The notes under the pieces are model-generated. The model was not told where the DNA came from. It saw only the letters and a program-made list of their open reading frames with translations, and made no database searches. A DNA stretch of 64,000 bases, taken from Heterodontus francisci. Its lineage: Eukaryota. A program made the translations under genes and the position numbers. Location: positions 75,036,345 through 75,100,344 of the forward strand of contig NC_090392.1 of assembly GCF_036365525.1 (NCBI RefSeq), written 5' to 3'. Below, one piece after another: positions 12,944 through 25,658 of the stretch. Position 1 is the stretch's first letter; every line of letters begins with the position of its first letter.

Positions 12944-15900
12944 CATTCCTATTTTATCATTGCACTTAAAAATACACTTTGAATCAACAAGTATAGATTT
13001 CTGTTTTACATTTAAGGTACATTAAAGTGTGAATGGAAATCTGAATCATCCAAAGCCAATCACAGTAGATAGTTAGAGAGATAATAGATATAGCTGCTCC
13101 CTATCTTACACTATGCGACCTAAATCTTGGGTGCATAGTTTGTGTAACCTCTATATAACAGCAAGAATATGAAAACTTGTAAATAAGGTTTAGTATGATA
13201 CAGAAAATATATAGCAGGACAGGTATGTGGAAGAATTATCAGTTGTTATCCCACTTTGGAGCTCACAGGGTCTTCAGAAATCACTGGAACTTTCCTCTTT
13301 GAATGTTTCATACCCTCAGATCCCCTGAATCACAGTCTTATCATTCTTGTTTGGGTGTCCCTTTCTTTCTTTCTCTCTCTCTTTCTCACTCTATTCATTC
13401 TTCAATACATATCATTTTCTCACCAAATTTTAGCTGAAATTTAAATTTAATCAATAATCAGGATAAACAGGTCCAAAATCTCATTATGAGAGTTATACTG
13501 TGTATCAATTGAAAGCACATATATTGACAGAGAGAGAAAATTTAAACTTAACTGGAGAGATGTAACGATGGGCTCCCACAGAAAAAAGATAACTAAACAA
13601 GGTACAACCAAGAATGGATATTCAATCTGAGTAATTGATTGTCTAAAGGCACCTTTCCAGAACCTTAAATAACACAGTAAAGCATTTTACAAATGATCAA
13701 TGCTGTATTCCTAAACTAGCGTCATTGGAATTCATTAACATCAGTTCTTAATTTCTACTTTCTCTACTATATCTGTCATCAATAATACAGTGAAGCAAAG
13801 ACACTGAGCTGAAGGTGGAAATTAGACTGTGGCTGAAACACAAACACTGTGCAACTAATATTCTCATCCAGTTCCTATGAAACAAAGCTCCCAGTTGCCT
13901 GCTGAAGAAACAGGTGTGGCTGAAATGTAACATTCTGTGATAGCATTGCAGAAGATTTCCATGATGTAATTCATTTAGAGGATAAGCCAGAGTTAACCAA
14001 TATCATTTATAAAACAAAACACATTTTGATGCAGATAAACACACATTGCTAATGGTAAACCATTCAAAATAAGAATCCATTTAATATAGTACTGTTGAAT
14101 AGTGCAGGCAGATTTCAGGACAGTACAGCTTAAGAGAGTGCTTTCTTACAACACAGCATTCATTGTATTGAACATTGTTCAAGACTAAACCCTATTTCTG
14201 ATGAAAAATTCCATGAATGATTATTTAATTTCACTAGTTCTATATTTTATTGAAGTACCTATCCTCCCAAGTCTTGGTATTTAAATCTGTGTGCACCATC
14301 TGAATATGGTAATTCCTTTCACATCATTGAGTATTTTAATTAAGGGTACAGTTTTATCTGAGAATGCCTGAAGGAGGGCTTTCATTGTGTGAAGACTCCT
14401 TTATCACCAATGGTCTACTGAGCACTGAACGTTTCCATTAACAATAGAAATTTGGACCCATCCACCTCACTGAGATAAAATGAGCGCTCACAAAGCAAAG
14501 ATGAGCTAATTAACATCATAAGATGTAATCCATAAAGCTGGTCTGCATCCTAACAATAGAACCGAGTCTCCAGTGAATGTTGTCTCTGTTGTGTCACTGT
14601 TCCTGTGCTATAGGGCTTACTAGTCATACTCCATTCAAACCCCAGCTTTCGAGATCAAAAGTCTTCCATATTAAAAGGACAAATGTGAAAATCTAAAGTT
14701 GCAAAGTGTGTTATGAAAAGACAGAAACCTTAAATTCAACATTTCAAAATCTTAGCATTATTATCTAAAAAAAAAAGACTGCCAGCCATAACCAGCATAA
14801 ACATCCCATTGTGCAATAAGCAATAGCTAAATGAAAGAGCTGGACAGCACTCTCTTGAAGCGTTGTTCAGAAGTTCCTGCCGACCTGAGTCTGTGTTTAA
14901 ACACATTTTATGTATAGAATTATAAAAATAATGAGGATATATCCAATTCTGATCATTTTACTGACAGCTGGTTTCTGTAGCTTATTACAGCATGGATAAT
15001 TACGATCTATTTCTCATTCACTACCAGTTGTTTTTTTTTTCATTCATTCAACACATCTAGGGAAACTGGTTTTGTGTATATGTAGATATGTTTATAAATG
15101 TGTGTCTATAAGTGACTGATTTCAGTGTGAGCATATTTCTGTGCACATGAACCTGACTCTGTATGAGAGAGAAATGGTTGTGTTCCTGTGTGAGTTTGTT
15201 GGTTAAGTGCATGTGGAACTGTGCGGGTATAAAATCAGAATGTAAATAGTTGAGTGTTCATTAGACTTCAATCAGTTTTAAAGACTACACTTCATCTTTA
15301 TCATTCCACAGGTATGAAAGTATGTATGATTGCAACCAGCAACATGAATTACAGTGAAGGTGAAGATACATATTTGAACATTTTCAGCTTTGGGGATGTC
15401 CGAAATAAATAAAAGCTGTCTCACTTTTTAAGACAGTTTTGAAGATCAGCCGCCCTCAGACTTCAGACGCCGGAGTTAAGCTTAAAGGGAAAAGCTGACG
15501 GTTCCTTGAGAGATGCTTTTTGATGTGATTAAGCCTTTTGATTGTTGCGAACAGGACTCGCGTTTCAAAGTAAATGAAACGCTAAACCATCAAAAAAAAA
15601 ATCATCGAAATTAACTGATCATACAGCTGAAGCCTTGTTAAAACTGAAATAATATTTCCTTTCATTCTCAACCAGCACCCCTGGAGGGGTGGGATTTCTT
15701 CAAACAAGCACCGTACTCAACACTGACACGCTACAGTATCTTCTATCAATTCTTAAGTGACGCGGCAACTAGCTTAAAATCCTAGTTTCCATGTAAATTG
15801 ATTTAAAAGGTTATTCCTTTAAAAGTTATACCGTAGCAAATATCTTGATCAAACCCCATTATACCGTAGTTTGACACGGCCACTATTTGCCAACAAGAAA

Positions 15901-16001
15901 GTTTGTTTAATTTGTGCAGTTAAATGGTTTTCATGTCCCCACCCCCCAAAAAACAAGACGTGGACACATTTTGATCCGTCCAGCTAGAATCTGTATCTTA
16001 C

Positions 16002-16350
16002 CTTAACGAGCCATAAAATGTCCAAATTCGCTTCCAAATTGGCTGCAGAAAAAGTCCTCGTCCCCTGCTGGTATAATCCAACCACAAATTTGGGCAAAGT
16101 AAAAGAGGAAAAAGAACCAAAAAAAAAAGTCCTTTTCAGCAAAGGTGTGGGTCAGGGGGAAAGGTGGGAGAGCCACTTCGCCATGGCTGGGTTGGGCGGC
16201 AGCACACGGTAGACGAGCCAGTGGCTCCGTCCCTCTCCTTGGGAAGGTGTTGAAGAAGTGAGAAGATCAGCACCAGCTCCAGTGGACAGCTCCGAGTGTC
16301 TGCGCCCAGTGCGCAGTGGAGCCGCCGTGACAGGCATCAGCAATCCCAGA
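16002..16350 (-). other. Probable non-coding first exon (5'UTR with uORFs) of an unidentified, likely neuronal gene
   Basis: Strong donor AAG|GTAAGA (exon ends 16002); local CpG enrichment; uORF MAKWLSHLSP* with Kozak CCAGCCATGG (16184-16152); uORF MAR* (16014-16003); adjacent TE-free DNA. Confidence 0.6.
16266..16293 (+). promoter_or_regulatory. Non-canonical (expanded-spacer) RE1/NRSE REST-binding site
   Basis: ATCAGCACC-agctccagt-GGACAGCTCC: both RE1 half-sites near-perfect, with a 9-bp rather than 2-bp spacer. Confidence 0.7.
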
Positions 16351-16870
16351 CTGAGAGGGAGCTTCGGAGAGAGTGTCTGAAACCCGGTTCAAGAGCTACT
16401 CAAAAAATAAAGGGAGAGCTGGCAATGCAAGGCTGTCAACCTCACAGATCGTGAGCTGTGCAGGAAAAAAAAGAAACCCCTAGCAATATTTACAGTAGAT
16501 CCACATTCTGCTCTGAGCGCTGTCAGCTGTTATAAAAGCCCCACTTTTTTTAGTTTTACTTTGTACTTTTTTAAAATTTCATTGTATTTTGGTTTGCTTC
16601 ATCATTACACTTCTTTTTTTACCATGTGCCTGCCCACTTTTTTTCATGTCTTGCTTTTGGCTAGGGCTTTCATTATTCTGTCATTTGACACCCTTCCTGC
16701 ACTAACGCTTTGTATTTCACCACACCATTAACACACTCTTTGTCTTTGCCCCATGACCTCCTTGTCAGTTATACTCTGTGACCCTCTGTCCTAGCAACCT
16801 TCCAATTTGTTCTCTTTTGCGCCACTCCCACTTTATTTGCTTAAAACCTATTACATTTCTAACCTTTGCC

Positions 16871-16907
16871 AGTTCTGATGAAAGGTTGCTGACCTGAAAC
16901 GTTAACT
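16871..16907 (+). ncRNA. Minimal type I hammerhead ribozyme motif (PLE-associated)
   Basis: AGTT-CTGATGA-A-AGGT(tgctg)ACCT-GAAA-CGTT-AACT: stem I AGUU/AACU, conserved core, stem II, palindromic ACGU stem III. Confidence 0.75.
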
Positions 16908-16966
16908 TTGCTTCTCTCTCCACAGATGCTGACAGACCTGCTGAGTATTTCCAGTACTTTTTGGTT

Positions 16967-17548
16967 ATAGAGTCATTGAGTTATACAGCACAGAAACAGG
17001 CCCTTTGGCCCATCATGTCTGTGCCGGCCATCAAGCATCTATCTATTCAAGTCCCATTTTCCAGCACTTGGCCCTTAGCCTTGTATGCTATGGTGCTTCA
17101 AGTGCTCATCTTTATTTTTTTTTATTTAGAGATACAGCACTGAAACAGACCCTTCAGCCCACCGAGTCTGTGCCGACCATCAACCACCCATTTATACTAA
17201 TCCCATTACCCTCTCACATCCCCACCTTCCCTCAATTCCCTACCACCTACCTATACTAGGGGCAATTTATAATGGCCAATTTACCTATCAACCTGCAAGT
17301 CTTTGGCTGTGGGAGGAAACTGGAGCACCCGACGAAAACCCACGAGGTCACAGGGAGAACTTGCAAACTCCGCACAGGCAGTACCCAGAATCAAACCCAG
17401 GTCGCTGGAGCTGTGAGGCTGTGGTGCTAACCACTGTGCTGCCCCTAAATACTTCTTAAATGTTGTGAGGGTTCCTGCCTCTACCACCCCTTCAGGCAGT
17501 GTATTCCAGATTCCAACCACCCTCTGGGTGAAAACATTTTTCCTCAAA
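16967..17548 (-). mobile_element. CR1 3' end, itself interrupted by an HE1-like SINE
   Basis: ORF 17281-17547 begins RKNVFTQRVVGIWNTLPEGVVEAGTLTTFKKYL (CR1 ORF2 C-terminus); 3'UTR at 16967-17112. Confidence 0.85.
17113..17444 (-). mobile_element. HE1-like SINE
   Basis: Highly similar to 2546-2904. Confidence 0.9.
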
Positions 17549-17628
17549 TTTCAGATTTCCAGCATCTACAGTATTTTGCTTTTATTGTATTGTTATAAGC
17601 ACCTGTCCTGTTATAGGGCAATCTATAT

Positions 17629-18538
17629 TGTCATGCAGGCCCCCACCTGCCAAGCATGAGGCATATTAATTTTGCCACATGGACATTAAATTTCAAACTG
17701 TTGTTGAAGTGAAGAAAGGACTTGCTTTAAAAAATTGCCAGATCTTGGCTGGAAAGACAATTGCATATTAACAGACAGTGTTTGGAAGGACAAAACAGCC
17801 ATTCCCTGACTTATTCAACCCACAATGGACCCTTGTCTGGAAAGGCATTTGCATATGACCGGACAGTGCTTGGAAAGGACAAAGGACCATTCCCTGACAC
17901 ATTCAACCCACAATGGACTTTTGATCACCAGACATTGAAGGTGGGGGAGCTCGCATTCTAAGTTTTCGGCTAAGATGGCCGAATACACAAATGTACATGG
18001 ACAAACCAGCTAGTCACATGACTAACTTGCTGGGCAACCTGAGTTTTTTGAATTTGTACAAACAGTTTGGGCGGAAAGCAGAATGCTCCTGGACTGAGAA
18101 GATCTCTCCTGGCTGGCTCACCACAGCCCCTCCTGTCTGCCTGCTCCCATGTCTTTCTCACAAGCCTCTTAATCCACTGAAGACACATGAACTTCAAGAG
18201 AGAAAAGTCTCCTACAGCGAACAAGGTTTAAGAAGAATACTGGGCCCCAACAAAAAGCGAGATCTACCTACAGTCAAGGACTCGACAGTGAGCTCGAAGA
18301 TCCATAACAAAAACTCTTTAGAACTTGCCTCAAACTTTTCCACTCTATTTTTCTTCTGCCCTTTTCTATCACTATTTGCATGTGTGTATCACATATGAAT
18401 ACCAGCATGGGCGTATCATGTATCCGTAGGCGTTAACTGAATTAGAGTTCAAGTTTAATAAATTTCAAACTCTTTTACGGCAAGACCAGATAAAGGCTGA
18501 GAGGGACCCTGAGACACCTTTCTCACCTGGTCATAACA
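17629..18538 (+). mobile_element. Solo LTR (family A)
   Basis: TGTCATG...CATAACA termini; 4-bp TSD ATAT (17625-17628, 18539-18542); aataaa near the 3' end; homologous to 32784-33648 but with an internal deletion near 18475. Confidence 0.85.
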
Positions 18539-18715
18539 ATATCACATACAAGCTTTCAACCCACCCAGAATCATTGCATATAGCACAGTTTCACCGCAGT
18601 TTGTAATTGCATGTTTACCTGTTACAAACAAATATGTTACATTTCATTGTATTTATGTTGCAATGGCTGAATGAATCCTTAAAACCTACCTCTTTGACCA
18701 AGCTTTTGCTCACCT

Positions 18716-21008
18716 AATGAGAAAGGATTAGTTAACAATCTTGTTGTGCGGGGTCCCTTGGGGAAGAGTGACCATAACATGATGGAATTCTTCATTAAGA
18801 TGGAGATTGAGAGAGTTGATTCCGAGACTAGGGTCCTGAATCTAAATAAAGGAAACTTTGAAGGTATGAGGTGCAAGTTGGCTATGCTAGATTGGAGAAC
18901 GTTACTTAAAGGGTTGACAGTGGATAGGTAAAAGCTAGCATTTAAGAGTGCATGGATGAATTACAACAATTATTCATTCCTGTCTGGCTCAACCGTGGCT
19001 TACATAAGAAATTAGGGATAGTATTAGATCCAAGGAGGAGAAATCTAAAATGGCCAAAACAAACAGCAAATCTGAGGATTGGGAGCAGTTTAGAATTCAG
19101 CAAAGGAGGACAAAGGGATTGATTAAGAAGAGGAAAATAGAGTATGAGAGTAAGCTTGCAGAGAACATAAAAACTGACTGTAAAAGCTCCCATAGATATG
19201 TGAAGAGAAAAAGATTAGTGAAGACAAATGTGGGTCCCTTACGGTCAGAAACAGGGGAATTTATAATGGGGAACAAATAAATGGCAGACCAATTAAATGC
19301 ATACTTTGGTTCTGTCTTCACAAAGGAGGAGACAAATTACCTCCCAGAAATGTTGGGGAACATAAGGTCTAGTGAGTAGGAGGAACTGCGTGAAATCAGT
19401 ATTCGTAGGGAAATGGTGTTTGGGAAATTGATGGGATTGAAAGCCAATAAATACCCAGGGCCTGATAATCTACATCCCAGAGTACTCAAGGAAGTGGCCG
19501 CAAAAATAGTAGATGCATTGCTGGTCATTTTTCAAAATTCTATAGACTCTGGAACAGTTCCAACAGATTGGAGGGTAGCTAATGTAACCCCACTATTTAA
19601 AAAGAAGGTAGAGAGAAAACAGGGATTTATAGACTGGTTAGACATCAGTTCTGGTGAAAATGCTAAAGTCCATTATAAAAGATGTAATAGCAGAGCACTT
19701 GCAAAACAATGACAGGAACGGACAAAGTCAACATGGATTTACGAAAGGGAAATCATGCTTGACAAATCTACTGGAACTTTTTGAGGATGTAACTAGTAGA
19801 ATAGATAAGGAAGAACCAGTGGATGTGGTGTATTTGGACTTTCAGAAGGCTTTCGATAAGGTCCCACATAAGAGATTAGCATGCAAAATGGAATCGGGGG
19901 TAAGGCACTGACATGGATAGAGAACTGGTTGGCAGACAGGAAACAAAGAGTCGGAATAAATGGGTCTTTTTCCAAGTGGCAGGCAGTGACTAGTGGGGTA
20001 CTACAGGGATCAGTGCTAGGATCCCAGCTATTCACAATATATATTAATCATATAGATGAGGGAATTAAATGTAATATATCCAAGTTTGCAGATGACACAA
20101 AGCTGGGTAGGAGTGTGAGCTGTGAGGAGAATGCAGAGAAGCTCCAGTGTGATTTCGACAGGTTGAGTGAGTGGGCAAATGCATGGCAGATGCAGTCTAA
20201 TGTGGATAAATGCCACTTTGGTGGCAAAAACAGAAAGGCAGATTATTATCTGAACGGTGATAGATTGGGAAAGGGGGAGGTGCAGCGAGACCAGGGTGTC
20301 CTTGTGCACCAGTCACTGAAAGTAAGCATGCAGGTACAGCAGGCAGTTAAGAAGGCAAATGGCATGTTGGCCTTCATAGCGAGAGGATTTGAGTACAGGA
20401 GCAATGATGTCTTGCTGCAATTATACAAGGCCTTGGTGAGACCACATCTGGAGTATTGTGTGCAGTTTTGGTCTCCTTATCTGAGGAAGGATGTTCTTGC
20501 TATGGAGGGAGTGCAGTGAAGGTTCACCAGACTGATTCCTGGGATGGCAGGACTGACATATGAAGAGAGATTGGGTCAATTAGGCTTGTATTCGCTCGAG
20601 TTTAGAAGAATGAGAGGGGATCTCGTAGAAACCTACAAAAGTCTAACAGGACTGGACAGAGTAGATGCAGGAAGGATGTTCCCAATGGCAGAGGAGTCCA
20701 GGACCAGGGGTCACAGTCTAAGGATAAGGGGTAAGCCATTTAGGACTGAGATGAGGAGGGATTTCTTCAACCAGAGTGTGGTGAACCTGTGGAATTCTCT
20801 ACCACAGAAAGAAGTTGAGGCCAAATCATTAAATAAATTCAAGAAAGAGTTAGATATAGTTCTCAGTGCTAAAGGGATCAAGGGATACGGGGAGAAAGAG
20901 GGAATAGGGTACTGAGTTTGGATGATCAACCATGATTGTATTGAATGGCAGTGCAGGCTCGAAGGGCCGAATGCTCCTATTTTTTCTATGTTTCTTTCTA
21001 TGTTTCTA
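18716..21008 (+). mobile_element. 5'-truncated, degenerate CR1 LINE (ORF2 RT region)
   Basis: Broken ORFs with SDHN, PGPDNLHPRVLKE, QHGFTKGKSCLTNL, YLDFQKAFDKVPH, KFADDTKL, RPHLEYCVQFWSP; (tatgtttc)n tail; inserted in an L2 relic. Confidence 0.95.
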
Positions 21009-22555
21009 ATATCTCCTTAAGTGTCTCAGTGTCAAATTTTGTTTAATGACCCCTCTTGTGCAGAGCGTTGGGACCTGTGTTACTTTAAAGATCCTAAATG
21101 AATACAAGTCATTATTGTTGTCCTGGCTTCTGATCGGTATCTCTTTTGATGGGATTAAGTAGTTCAACCAAGTATTTACACTTTGCACTTGTTGTGAATG
21201 TTTCAAGAGAGGCGTCTTCCTAGTTTAAGATGTTCACCTTTTTGGTAAATATTTGTGCATTGGTCCCAGTTAAAGGAAATATCCTGGTCAATGCATCTTA
21301 AAGACAAAAAATAAATAATTCCGATGAACTTAAACGTCCTTGTTTTTCTCTGCAGCATTTTTAATGTTGTTTAAACAGTAAATGTTGATGGCTTCATGAG
21401 GGAGTTGGTTCGAATGAGGTGGTGAGCCCCTTAGGGCGAGAGGAGGGATTTAGTGTCGTTAAGCAGAAGTCACAAACCTGGAGGGCACTAATGATCTTAC
21501 AAATTCAAAAGATTATTTTGACTCAGTTCCTTCCCAACTAGAGGTTAGTCTTAGTGTGTTCCCAGCAGCTACTGAGGCCAATTTTATAGACATCTAGTTG
21601 GAATGCAAAAAAAAAAGTGTTCACTTATTTCTTTATTCTGAACTGTTTGATTTTAAGGGAGGAACTGATATTGACATTTCCTCTTTAAGAATAACACTTG
21701 AAAAAATGCTGACAATAGTTTCCAGTTTTAGGAACAGGTAGATGTGATGTTTGGGTTTAATGTAGGTACATTTATAAGACTTTAAAAAATGCAGTACAAG
21801 AAATTAGTTTGTGACCGATGCATTGCACCTGATACACATAGAGCTAAGATAAAGTGAGTAAGGCTGAAAGACAGATTGCAAGTTGCAGTGTTGACCATTG
21901 TTCAGTTAGAGAGAGAGCTATTTAGGGTGCTCACTGATGTATTAAAATGGTCAAGTTTTATTTTCTCCTTCTTTGTTTTATTTTCTCCCATGACAAATGT
22001 TATATCTTAATCAAGAGAACAGGAAGGAAACATACATCTCAGCTTCTGCTGTGCAATGTCTTCAGTGAGATATAGGCACACTTGCAGCTTGTCCCTTTCT
22101 AGATATTTGAAATGGAGGGAAGCTGGAACAGTACACTAAGAATATAACATAACAAATACAAATAATCCCCCTCTTTTGTCCAACTGCTTTTCCTTCTTCG
22201 AGATGTATATTAGCTGGCAGAATTCCAGTGTGTTGGTTGAATGAAGGAACATTTCAGAAGGGATGGGTTTTCTTTTGATATCTGCTCCACACTATCTTGT
22301 TCCGTCCAGCAGGAAAGTGGTGGACTTTTAACAGGAAGCTGAGAGTTCAAATCCCCGTTCCAACTGCCCCGATTGGTTGTTTGAAGCTGAACCACCAAGA
22401 GGCGGGGGGAGGTCCTATGTGAGAACAAAGCATTCCAGCTCAGGGTGGGGATGTGGACAGATAAATTAGAGGGGCTATTCCTTCCCTGTAAAATTTTCTT
22501 TCAGCCAATTGACCAAAAAAGGGACAATTTTGAACAATGGCTGGATAGTCCCAAC

Positions 22556-22850
22556 TGGGTGGCGCAGTGGTTAGCACCGCAGCCTCATAGCTGCACTGAC
22601 CCGGGTTCAGTTCTGGGTACTGCCTGTGCGCAGTTTGCAAGTTCTCCCTGTGACTGTGTGGGTTTCCATTGGGTGCTCCGGTTTCCTCCTGCAGCCAAAG
22701 ACTTGCAGGTTGATAGGTAAATTGCCCCTAGTGTAGGTAGGGGAATGGTGGGGATGTGATTGGGATTAATGTAAGATTAGTATAAATGGGTGGTTGTTGG
22801 TTGGCAAAGACTCAGTGGGCCGAAGGGCCTGTTTCGGTGCTGTATGACTA
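22556..22850 (+). mobile_element. HE1-like SINE
   Basis: gggtggcgcagtggttagcaccgcagcctc..ccgggttcag..gggccgaagggcctgtttcggtgctgtat. Confidence 0.9.
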
Positions 22851-23288
22851 ACTAACTTGAGGTTAACTGTGACGATGCATTGAAATGAAATGTAGGTAAT
22901 TATCCCTTTCAAGATAGAATGTCAGTATCCAAGCCCCTTTAAAATCCAGCCATTTGCAAAGAGTTGTCATTGAAAACTTTTTCAGCATTGTGTTCATCCA
23001 TGTTAATTTCAGTTTAAATATATTTGTGTTTTGTTTCAATATTGATAAGTGTTGGTGCAGAATCTTGGTGCAGGGCACACCTAGGTTGAAAACAGTAAGA
23101 GACAGGGAGGCAAGGCAAACCAGAATGTCAAGTTTTGATGATGCCAAGTTTGGGTTATAACATACCTGTAGGTTGGAGAAGGAAGGAAACCCTGAGAAAT
23201 GTAAAGAACTGCATAATCTTGAGAAAGAATGTTGGAGTGGGAGGTGGTGTGATGATTTGTCATTTTAATGCAATGAGAATTGAAGGAG

Positions 23289-24070
23289 TGTTATGACCAG
23301 GTGAGAAAGGTGTCGAGGGGCCTTTTGCTGTCTTCACCTGGTCTTATTGTAACAGGGTTTTATTTTTAAGCACAGTGTTTTGAGCTCCCCCTTTGTGAAT
23401 CCTTGTTCAGAGCTTTCCAATTATAAGGCAAAGAAATGAGCATAAACAGGCTTTCTCAGGTTTAAAGAAGAAATGTGAAATTTTATTAAAACTTGAACTC
23501 TAATATGGTTAACGCCTAAGGATATATGATACGCCCACGCTAGCATGCACAAGCGATATACACATGCAAATAGGGACGGAAAAGAGGAGAGGAAAATATA
23601 GTAGACAGGGTTTGAGGCAATATCAGAAGAGTTTCTTGTTTACTGTGCTTCGAGCTCACCTGATTGTAGGTAGTCTTGCTATTCTTCGGGTCCCAGTGTT
23701 TTTCTTAAACCTTGTTCACGTAGGAGGCTATTCTCTCTTTGAGGTTCACGTGTTTTCACAAGATTCAGCTCCCTGAGAGATGAGCAGGCAGCCAGGAGAG
23801 AGGTCTTCTCAGACCAGGAGCCAAGAGCTTTCAGAGTTCAAATCCTTTGTTGGAAGTTCAAATCTCAAAGCCAGCTAGCCATGTGACTAAAACTGGTCTG
23901 ACCACTTCTTCTGTGTATTGGGGAAGCAACGACTGGGTCCCCATTGTTCCAACACTGTCTGTTACTATTCAAATGTCTTTCCAGTCAGGGGCTTGTAATT
24001 TTAAGTTTTAATGTTCATGTGGTGAAATCATGTGTGCGTCAGACTTGGCAGGTGGGGGGTTTGCCTGACA
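23289..24070 (-). mobile_element. Solo LTR (family A, diverged)
   Basis: Reverse complement of the 17629/32784 LTR; TG...CA termini; TSD not preserved. Confidence 0.8.
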
Positions 24071-24874
24071 AGATGGAAAAGGGGTGTGTAGCAGAGAATA
24101 CTTGGAACTTAGGAGATACAAGAGAGGACATTTCAGAAAGGCATAGTGCATAATAGTATTGATAATATAGGTTGCATTTCAATGTTAAGTGTGAAAGCCT
24201 TTATTGAGGATTTACCCAGAAAGAAATTACTGGGTAGATCATCCATCGCAAGGGAAGTGAATTAACTTGTATGGTTGAAGTTCAAAATCATTAGAAGTAC
24301 CCTTTACTAATGGTTTCCTCTACTAATTTAGCTCTTGTACCAGCCAGGCTTTTTGATAGAGAAGATAAGTGACTCCATGATGTGTTCATTGAAGCCAGCA
24401 ACACTGACTTGAGTGCCGAGAGACTTTGATCTTCTCAGTAGCATCTTCTGGCCCAATAATGGCAAAGTTTGTCGTTATAGAAGAAGTTCAGGGCAAATAA
24501 TAGTCAATAGTAGGCTTCTAACTTATATCTCCTAGTTAGGAGCCAAATGTTTTAATGCATTTGCTGTCTCCTTGTCAAATATTGAAACTTCCTAGCTTTA
24601 AAATGATACTGCAGGCAGCTGCTAGCTTGTCACAGCTCTCCTCCTCTGCTCCCCTCAAAAATAAAGCTTCAGTTGCTCATTTCATGTGCTGCATATAAAT
24701 TTTATACTATAAATTATTATGATTAAGGCTTTATCTTGGTCAAATAAAATGTATTTTAAACTGCATTCAGTTATGTAAAAACTGGGGTAAAATAGACACT
24801 GCAATATCATAATGCTAAAAATGGCATTATATTTTCTATGGGATTTTCATCTTTAATCTAACTGACAGCATTTG

Positions 24875-25190
24875 AGCTCCACCAAGGGCTCAGTGAGTTA
24901 AACCAGTGAGTCGTTCAGCTACAAAGACCAGGAATGCCCCAGGTGTTCAGTGCCCAGATGGCTGATGCCACCTAGGGTGGCAGAAAGGACCTCTGTATCC
25001 CTGAACTAGAGAGGTGGAAATTGACTAAGATTCCTGCCCCTTTCTGATCACTATCAAATAACTCCTATGTTAGGTTTACTTGTGCCAATGTTTGGGTGAA
25101 ATGGGCTTGACTGTCCTGCACCTATGGTTGAATAGCATGCTGTGTAAGGTACCATGAGTTACTGGCACTCATGAAACTTCTTCCCAGCAT
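24875..25190 (+). mobile_element. Ancient SINE-like repeat (UCON3-like), highly diverged
   Basis: ggctcagtgag..agaccaggaa..cccagg..gctgat..agggtggc motifs recur at ~35780-36030, 37590-37740 and 58420-58750; family name recalled, not searched. Confidence 0.45.
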
Positions 25191-25658
25191 GGGAGAAGTG
25201 GAGGGAAACTAGTATTGGAAAGATAAAAGAAAATGGTTGTCATCCAATACCTGCACACATGCAATACACAGCAGAGATTATTATGCAGCAACCCAGCTAA
25301 TTGGTTTCTCTTCCTAATCCAGGGGTACTGAGTTTAATTGTAGCACTTCTACAGTTATCCCTGCACAAAATTAGCACAGACAAAGGAAGGTTGCGTGTCT
25401 CTGGGCCTAGATGAGACTCTACTTGTTGGCTAATGTACTCACTAGAGGTGCTATCAACAAAGCTCGTTTCTATAATAATCTCTGTGTAACTGTTCTGCTC
25501 TTCAAAACATTATCCTGCTTCCCCAAAATTGGTGCATTTCAAAATGTTATTTTCATCCTTCTATTTTGGTGTTCTTAGAGCTAAGCTATAGATTTACTTC
25601 TTGTACCATTCTTCAATATTTTGTGATTCAGATTCCAAGCATTGTACATTTTGACCTG

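Larger units (their letters stand above)
16550..17585 (+). mobile_element. Penelope-like element 3'/pLTR relic, interrupted by CR1 and SINE insertions
   Basis: ctgatgaaagg..gacctgaaacgttaact..ccacagatgctg..agacctgctgagtatttccag; resumes at ~17549 (tttcagatttccagcatct..agtattttgctttt). Confidence 0.75.

Noticed and set aside
22380-22415. CTCF/GC-box-like ccaccaagaggcggg near a CCAAT
   Set aside because: Mismatches at core CTCF positions and no CpG island or exon nearby
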